From Candidatus Omnitrophota bacterium (GTDB taxonomy: Bacteria > Omnitrophota > Gorgyraeia > JAHJTE01), in the NCBI GenBank assembly GCA_018830005.1, contig JAHJTE010000002.1, positions 7,053 to 71,052 of the forward strand: a DNA stretch of 64,000 bases, in the 5' to 3' direction. Positions within the stretch are counted from its first letter, which is position 1. Every line of letters begins with the position of its first letter. The translations under genes were made by a program, and so were the position numbers. Under the pieces are notes generated by a model, which saw only the letters and a program-made list of their open reading frames with translations, was not told the origin of the DNA and did no database searches. Below, in pieces: positions 58,640-64,000 of this stretch.

Positions 58640-59446
58640 GTGGACAATCTTTTCTTAAAGCCCTTAGAGATATCAAAGGCACTAAGTAGAATTGGCGAAA
58701 GAAAAGCAAAAGAAACAATATTTGAACTCTTCATCTTTGGGATTCTTGCTGGTATCTACATTTCCTTTGGCGCTCATGCTGCAATTGCTATTTTAAGCGG
58801 AGGGACCCTTGATCCAGGTCTGGCAAAATTCCTTGCCGGAAGCGTCTTTAGTGTAGGACTGATGTTGGTACTCATTCCCGGTTCAGAACTCTTTACCGGG
58901 AACATCCTCATGACCATAGGCTTTATCTATCGAAAATATTCCTTTGCAAAGGTCTTTCGTAATTTGTTTGTAGTCTATTTCAGCAATCTATTGGGCGCTT
59001 TAATCATCGCCTGGTTTGTCTATAAGAGCGGTCTGCTTATGCAGGGCAATGCCTTAACCTCAATGGGCGCTGTTGCAGTTAACATCTGCGAAACAAAATT
59101 AGGTTTGAGTTTTACAGAGGCACTCTGCAGAGGAATCTTATGCAATATGCTAGTTTGTCTTGCAGTAATAATGTGTATCGCTGCAAGGTCAATAGCAGGT
59201 AAGATTTTTGGCATATATTTCCCAATTATGGTCTTTGTTGCCTCTGGCTATGAACACAGTGTAGCTAATATGTATTTCCTGCCAATAGGCCTGATGTTAA
59301 AAGGAGAGTTCTTTTCTAACTTTTCTTCAATGTTTACTAACCTCATACCCGTAACCATTGGAAACATTATAGGAGGTTTGTTAATTGTCCTGTTACATCC
59401 AAAGGCTGAGGAAAAGATCGTTAGTACTCTGATGGGCAAAAAATAA
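58640..59446 (+). CDS. Formate/nitrite transporter (FNT) family channel
   Basis: ...GAHAAIA...LAGSVFSVGLMLVLIPGSELFTGN. Confidence 0.75.
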   Translation: MDNLFLKPLEISKALSRIGERKAKETIFELFIFGILAGIYISFGAHAAIAILSGGTLDPGLAKFLAGSVFSVGLMLVLIPGSELFTGNILMTIGFIYRKYSFAKVFRNLFVVYFSNLLGALIIAWFVYKSGLLMQGNALTSMGAVAVNICETKLGLSFTEALCRGILCNMLVCLAVIMCIAARSIAGKIFGIYFPIMVFVASGYEHSVANMYFLPIGLMLKGEFFSNFSSMFTNLIPVTIGNIIGGLLIVLLHPKAEEKIVSTLMGKK

Positions 59447-59513
59447 ACTCAACAAATAACCAGTTATATAGATTGCAGTAAATCCTGCCAAACAGCCTAT
59501 TTGGGAGATTTAT

Positions 59514-59948
59514 ATGGGTGATAAGAACCAAAAGAGCTTTATATGTACGGATTGTTTCCGGCTCAAAAGATGCAAAGAACCGCTCGCCTCATGGCTGTTT
59601 TTTAGTATTGCAATTATTGCGGTTATTTCGCTCAGGGCTGTAAATATCTTTATAGATTTTAATCCTCTAATTGCCAAGACACTCTGGTATGTTGGCGTAA
59701 CAGGATTTTTGGTATTCTTTATATATAAATTCCACCACCACAACATCTTACACAGAGAGCTTAATAAAACAAATCTTGTGGAGAAACTACTCAGTAAAGA
59801 GAAGCTTTCTGAGCATGATTATGAAGTCCTAGGAACCATCCTTTGTAGCTTAAGTTCAAAAAAGGACAAGATAAATTATTTCCTTATATTCTTTTTTTCA
59901 GCGGTGGCTCTAATAATAGCAATATATGCTGATTTCTTTAAAAGGTAG
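59514..59948 (+). CDS. Hypothetical membrane protein
   Basis: N-terminal CTDC...C motif, then TM helices. Confidence 0.35.
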   Translation: MGDKNQKSFICTDCFRLKRCKEPLASWLFFSIAIIAVISLRAVNIFIDFNPLIAKTLWYVGVTGFLVFFIYKFHHHNILHRELNKTNLVEKLLSKEKLSEHDYEVLGTILCSLSSKKDKINYFLIFFFSAVALIIAIYADFFKR

Positions 59949-59965
59949 AACAAAGGAGGAGTAAA

Positions 59966-60544
59966 ATGGCTAAATCAATCAAAGGAACGAAAACCGAGAA
60001 TAATTTATTGGCAGCCTTTGCAGGTGAATCGCAGGCAAGGAATAGATATACATATTTTGCCAGCGCTGCCAGAAAAGTAGGTTATGAGCAAATTGCCAAT
60101 ATATTTACCGAAACAGCTGAAAACGAAAAAGAACACGCCAAGGTATTCTTTAAGTATCTTGAAGGCGGCGATCTAGCAATTACTGCATCTTACCCAGCAG
60201 GAGCAATAAAAGAAACAAAAATCAATTTAGAAGCTGCTGCTGATGGTGAGAAACTAGAATGGACAACCCTTTATGCAAACTTTGCAAAGATTGCCAAAGA
60301 TGAAGGTTTTACTGAAGTAGCTCAATCCTTTGAACAGATTGCCAAGGTAGAGAGATTTCATGAAACAAGATACAGAAAGCTAATCGCCAACCTAGACAAA
60401 GACAGCGTATTTAAGAAGGCTAAACCAGTGAAATGGCATTGTATTAACTGCGGTTACGTCTTCGAAGGTGAAGAAGCACCCCAGGAATGTCCTGCCTGCA
60501 AGCATCCACAGGCGTTCTATGAAGTTCTGGCTGAGAATTACTAA
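59966..60544 (+). CDS. rbr: Rubrerythrin
   Basis: Ferritin-like ENNLLAAFAGESQARNRY and C-terminal rubredoxin-like WHCINCGY...ECPACKHP. Confidence 0.85.
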   Translation: MAKSIKGTKTENNLLAAFAGESQARNRYTYFASAARKVGYEQIANIFTETAENEKEHAKVFFKYLEGGDLAITASYPAGAIKETKINLEAAADGEKLEWTTLYANFAKIAKDEGFTEVAQSFEQIAKVERFHETRYRKLIANLDKDSVFKKAKPVKWHCINCGYVFEGEEAPQECPACKHPQAFYEVLAENY

Positions 60545-60549
60545 TAACT

Positions 60550-61773
60550 ATGAAATACAAAAGACCTGAGTTAATATCACCAGCAGGTGACTGGTGTAGT
60601 CTAAATACAGCAATAGAAGCAGGGGCTGATGCTGTGTATTTCGGCATAAAGAACCTAAATATGCGGCATTGGGCCTGTAATTTTGATATGCTTGAAATAA
60701 AAAAGGTAATCTCTGTTTTGCATGATAATGGAAAAAAAGGCTATCTTGCGTTAAACACCATTATGTATAACAATGACATCAAAAAGATAAAGAAGATCTT
60801 AAGTATAGCCAAAAAAGCAGAGGTTGATGCGGTTATACTTTGGGATATGGCAGTGCTTAAACTTGCAAAAGAGCTAGGCCTGCGCATACATCTATCAACA
60901 CAGGCAAGCGTTGCGAACTTTACAGCGCTTAAATTTTATCATTCATTAGGCGTTAAAAGGATTGTTCTTGCAAGGGAATGTGGATTTCTTCAGATAAAGG
61001 AGATAATTAACAGTGTAGGAAAAGAAAACCTAGATTGTGAAATAGAGGTCTTTGCCCATGGGGCCTTATGCGTCAGTATATCCGGGAGATGTTTTCTTTC
61101 GCATAGTTCATTCTCAAAATCAGCAAACAGAGGTATGTGCCTTCAGCCATGCAGGCGTAAGTTTTTAATAAAAGACATAGAAGAAAAGAACAATGAATAT
61201 ATCTTAGGCCAGGATTATGTGCTAAGCGCGAAGGATCTGTGCACAATAGAATTTATTGATAAATTAATACAGTCTGGTATAAGCGCCTTTAAAATAGAAG
61301 GCAGGATGCGCTCTGCAGAATATGTAGGAGAGGTTACTTCTAGTTACAGACAGGCAATGGATTCTTTTTTTAATGGCGGTCTTACCCCCCGTAAGAAAAA
61401 ATCCCTCAAAAAGAGACTTTCAGCAACCTTTAACAGAGGCTTTAGCCATGGTTTTTTCTTCTCCCAGCCTAATGATACGGGCAGTGAAAAAGGCACAAGT
61501 GGCTATGAAAAGGTTTTTGTGGGCAATGTAGTTAAGTTCTATAATAAAATAAGCGTTGCAGAAGTCTCAGTAATAAACCAAGGTTTAAGAAAAGGTCAGA
61601 ATATATTAATCTATGGAAAAAATACTCCAGCCAGGGTTGTAGCGGTGGCTGAAATGCACCAAAACCACAATCAAATAGATTATGCAAAGAAGGGAGAGCG
61701 AATCGGCATAAAATTACCGTTTAGGGCTAGACGTAATGACAAGGTGTTTTTGTATGAGTTGAAAAATGAATGA
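60550..61773 (+). CDS. Peptidase U32 family protein
   Basis: KRPELISPAGDWCSLNTAIEAGADAVYFG. Confidence 0.75.
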   Translation: MKYKRPELISPAGDWCSLNTAIEAGADAVYFGIKNLNMRHWACNFDMLEIKKVISVLHDNGKKGYLALNTIMYNNDIKKIKKILSIAKKAEVDAVILWDMAVLKLAKELGLRIHLSTQASVANFTALKFYHSLGVKRIVLARECGFLQIKEIINSVGKENLDCEIEVFAHGALCVSISGRCFLSHSSFSKSANRGMCLQPCRRKFLIKDIEEKNNEYILGQDYVLSAKDLCTIEFIDKLIQSGISAFKIEGRMRSAEYVGEVTSSYRQAMDSFFNGGLTPRKKKSLKKRLSATFNRGFSHGFFFSQPNDTGSEKGTSGYEKVFVGNVVKFYNKISVAEVSVINQGLRKGQNILIYGKNTPARVVAVAEMHQNHNQIDYAKKGERIGIKLPFRARRNDKVFLYELKNE

Positions 61774-62515
61774 GATCATACATTTAATTATAGTGTTTTC
61801 TGCAGGGGCTATTGCAGGCTTTATTAATGTTATGGCTGGTGGTGGCTCAGTGTTGACTTTGGGCGTTATGATGCTAATTGGCCTAGATGCACCCATAGCA
61901 AATGGAACAAATAGAATTGGTATACTGGCAGGAGCTATTTCAGGGGCGTCTGCATACAATTCTGAAAAACTTAGCAATATAAAAGAAAGTTTCCTTCTTG
62001 GAATTTGGACTCTGCCGGGCGCAATAATCGGCTCTATTTTTGCTATTAACATTAGTAATCTCCTTTTTCAAAGAATTCTTGCCGGTGTTATGATATTTGT
62101 TGTCATAACCCTGTTTAGACCAATAGCTAATGGACAGAATTCCAAAGAGTTTTCCAAAGGCCGAAATAAGCTTATTTATCCGACAATGTTTCTTATAGGC
62201 TTATATGGTGGTTTTATTCAAGCTGGCGTAGGATTCCTGATTATGTTTTCCTTGCGACATATACTGGGTTTAAGCCTTACAAAAATAAATATTCATAAGG
62301 TTTGCATAATTTTACTGTACACAATCCCTGTTATCTTTATATTTGGGCTTACTAAAAATATTAATTGGATTTATGCAGTTTGCCTAGGTTTAGGCAGCGC
62401 TTTAGGCGCCTGGCTGTCTGTAAAAGTATCAGTCAAGAAGGGTGAGGGAGTTATAAAAATTGTTTTGTGTGTAGCAATTTTACTAATGGCGGCGAAATTT
62501 CTGTTAACTTTTTGA
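61766..62515 (+). CDS. TauE/SafE-family (DUF81) anion exporter
   Basis: AGFINVMAGGGSVLTLG...ANGTNRI. Confidence 0.7.
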   Translation: MNEIIHLIIVFSAGAIAGFINVMAGGGSVLTLGVMMLIGLDAPIANGTNRIGILAGAISGASAYNSEKLSNIKESFLLGIWTLPGAIIGSIFAINISNLLFQRILAGVMIFVVITLFRPIANGQNSKEFSKGRNKLIYPTMFLIGLYGGFIQAGVGFLIMFSLRHILGLSLTKINIHKVCIILLYTIPVIFIFGLTKNINWIYAVCLGLGSALGAWLSVKVSVKKGEGVIKIVLCVAILLMAAKFLLTF

Positions 62516-62547
62516 AAAATCGCCCTGACTGAAGGGCTCTGTTAAAT

Positions 62548-63465
62548 ATGAGTGACGATAGAGATATTGGTTATGCTATTTTTGGATTTGGATTTGGCAT
62601 CTGGTCTTTCTTTTGGGGATTCAAACGTCTGCGCAGAAAGAGAATGATTGAGAATATCCCCACTTCTACTGTACGTGGTTTAGCCATGGGTTTGGTGGAA
62701 CTTACCGGCAAGGCAAAGAAGACTACTCCTCTAAAAAGTGTCTTTACTAATACCGACTGTGTATTCTATAATTATACAGTGGAGAGGTATCAAAGAAGCG
62801 GCAAATCAGGCCACTGGGTAACAGTTGCTAAAGGCGACAGTGGTGATTGTACATTCTTGCTAGATGACACAACCGGTAAGGTAGCGATTTTACCTAAAGG
62901 CGCTGAATTTATCATGCCTAAGGATTATGAATTCTCCACTGGCTGGGGCAGGCCTATGCCTTCTAATTTACAAGCATTTCTAAATAATAATCATATACAG
63001 TATAATTCATTTATGGGTACATATGCTATGCGCTTTAAAGAATGCTATATCTGTCCAGGTGAGGATATATATGTACTGGGGACAGCTAAAAAGACGCATG
63101 CTGCAGTAGATTCCCATAAGAAAACATTAATGGATCGGATAACGCAATTAAAGAGCAACCCTGAGAAGATGGAAAAGGTTGATCTAAATAAAGACGGTCA
63201 GATTAACGAAGAGGAATGGACTAGGGCTGTAGCTAAAATCGAACAGAATCTCCTGGAAGAGGAGCTAAAAGAGATTCAAAGCAACGAATTAGCTGATGTA
63301 GTAGTAACAAAAGGAGATATGGAAAAGACATTCATCATATCAGACCATAGCCAAAAAGAACTAACTAAGAAATTAACCTGGCAGGCCTTTTCCGGGGTTT
63401 TTGGAGGGGCAGCCTTAACAATAGCAATGCTTTGTTATTTACTGTTTCGTTTTAATATATTTTAG
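62548..63465 (+). CDS. Membrane protein with EF-hand Ca-binding loop (possibly GIDE-like)
   Basis: N- and C-terminal TM helices. DLNKDGQINEEEW is a canonical EF-hand loop. The GIDE-domain assignment is from memory and weak. Confidence 0.4.
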   Translation: MSDDRDIGYAIFGFGFGIWSFFWGFKRLRRKRMIENIPTSTVRGLAMGLVELTGKAKKTTPLKSVFTNTDCVFYNYTVERYQRSGKSGHWVTVAKGDSGDCTFLLDDTTGKVAILPKGAEFIMPKDYEFSTGWGRPMPSNLQAFLNNNHIQYNSFMGTYAMRFKECYICPGEDIYVLGTAKKTHAAVDSHKKTLMDRITQLKSNPEKMEKVDLNKDGQINEEEWTRAVAKIEQNLLEEELKEIQSNELADVVVTKGDMEKTFIISDHSQKELTKKLTWQAFSGVFGGAALTIAMLCYLLFRFNIF

Positions 63466-63482
63466 CCAAAAGGAGGTAGCAT

Positions 63483-64000
63483 ATGACGGGGATTATTGTT
63501 TTGGGTATTCTGCTATTTGTTGTTGTAGGGATTATTCTTTATTTTGTATCTCTGTATAACGGCCTGATTAGACTTTCGCGTAATACTGAAAAGGCATGGT
63601 CAAATATTGATGTGTTGTTAAAACAACGCCATGATGAAATACCCAAATTAGTAAAGGTCTGCGAAGGCTATATGAAATACGAAAGAGAGACGTTGGAAAA
63701 GATCACAGCAGCCCGGACAGCCTGTATCAACGCTAAAAACGTAGGCGAGTCATCAAAGGCAGAAGGAGAACTGGGTAAAACACTAAAGACACTTTTTGCC
63801 GTTGCTGAAAATTATCCTGATCTTAAGGCGAACCAGAACTTTACGCAGCTTCAAGGCAGGGTAAGCTACTTAGAAAACCAGATAGCAGACAGGAGAGAAT
63901 TCTACAATGATTCTGTAAATAACTACAATATAAGAATACATCAGCTGCCGGATATGTTTGTTGCGCAAATGTTGAATATGCAATCAAAGGAACTTTTTAA
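63483..64000 (+). CDS. LemA family protein (3'-truncated by window end)
   Basis: N-terminal TM helix, LemA-like helical core, PDMFVAQMLN... tail typical of LemA. RBS aaaggaggt. Confidence 0.7.
   Translation, partial: MTGIIVLGILLFVVVGIILYFVSLYNGLIRLSRNTEKAWSNIDVLLKQRHDEIPKLVKVCEGYMKYERETLEKITAARTACINAKNVGESSKAEGELGKTLKTLFAVAENYPDLKANQNFTQLQGRVSYLENQIADRREFYNDSVNNYNIRIHQLPDMFVAQMLNMQSKELF

Noticed and set aside
1-64000. CRISPR arrays or other long tandem repeat arrays
   Set aside because: I found no regularly spaced direct repeats on reading. The only notable repeats are the csp paralogs, the G9 tract and intragenic Gly/Ser repeats in 2083-3453.

Overview
64 kb chromosomal window, AT-rich (roughly 38-40% GC by eye), almost entirely plus-strand and densely packed with short or overlapping gene junctions. 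The gene content points to an anaerobic, Gram-negative-type bacterium: btuB/tonB, T2SS ExeAB, rubrerythrin, an FNT channel, many PilZ/HD-GYP proteins and cold-shock paralogs. An Omnitrophica-like lineage is plausible but I cannot verify it. No rRNA, no CRISPR, no integrase or prophage. There is one tRNA, tRNA-Gly(CCC). Main blocks, in order: (1) a small accessory or mobile-flavoured patch at the 5' edge: an HUH transposase remnant with an in-frame amber, a G9 run, a HEPN/MNT toxin-antitoxin pair, a small secreted peptide and a secreted repeat protein with a phage tail-fiber S74 self-cleaving chaperone domain; (2) a c-di-GMP signalling pair and a glycolipid-type cluster (GT28, LpxL-like acyltransferase, GT2); (3) a long cobalamin salvage/remodelling locus (cobO-btuFCD-[B12 riboswitch]-cobC-cobU-cobT-cobS-DUF71 PP-loop ATPase-[B12 riboswitch]-btuB-tonB); (4) housekeeping genes (rpsU, efp, accBC, aroQ, aroB, pfk, gmhA/hldE, thiE/thiC, greA, M24, Pcm); (5) tRNA-Gly followed by an orphan Arch_ATPase/DUF234-like ATPase, a phosphoesterase, a HIT protein and a dGTPase-like HD hydrolase; (6) scattered single-domain PilZ proteins (four), two GAF-HD-GYP proteins and two CheY receivers; (7) several unusual items: a C-domain-less pyruvate kinase coupled to a DhnA-type class I aldolase and a Zn-ADH, a PurF paralog with all glutaminase catalytic residues replaced but PRTase and Fe-S ligands retained, a secreted SagB-type dehydrogenase with DUF4416, M48 peptidase and a lipoprotein, a consensus promoter driving a six-Cys mini-protein, duplicated csp genes with conserved promoter/5'UTR, and a Met-rich small membrane protein. 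All functional calls come from motif recognition by eye. No database search was possible.
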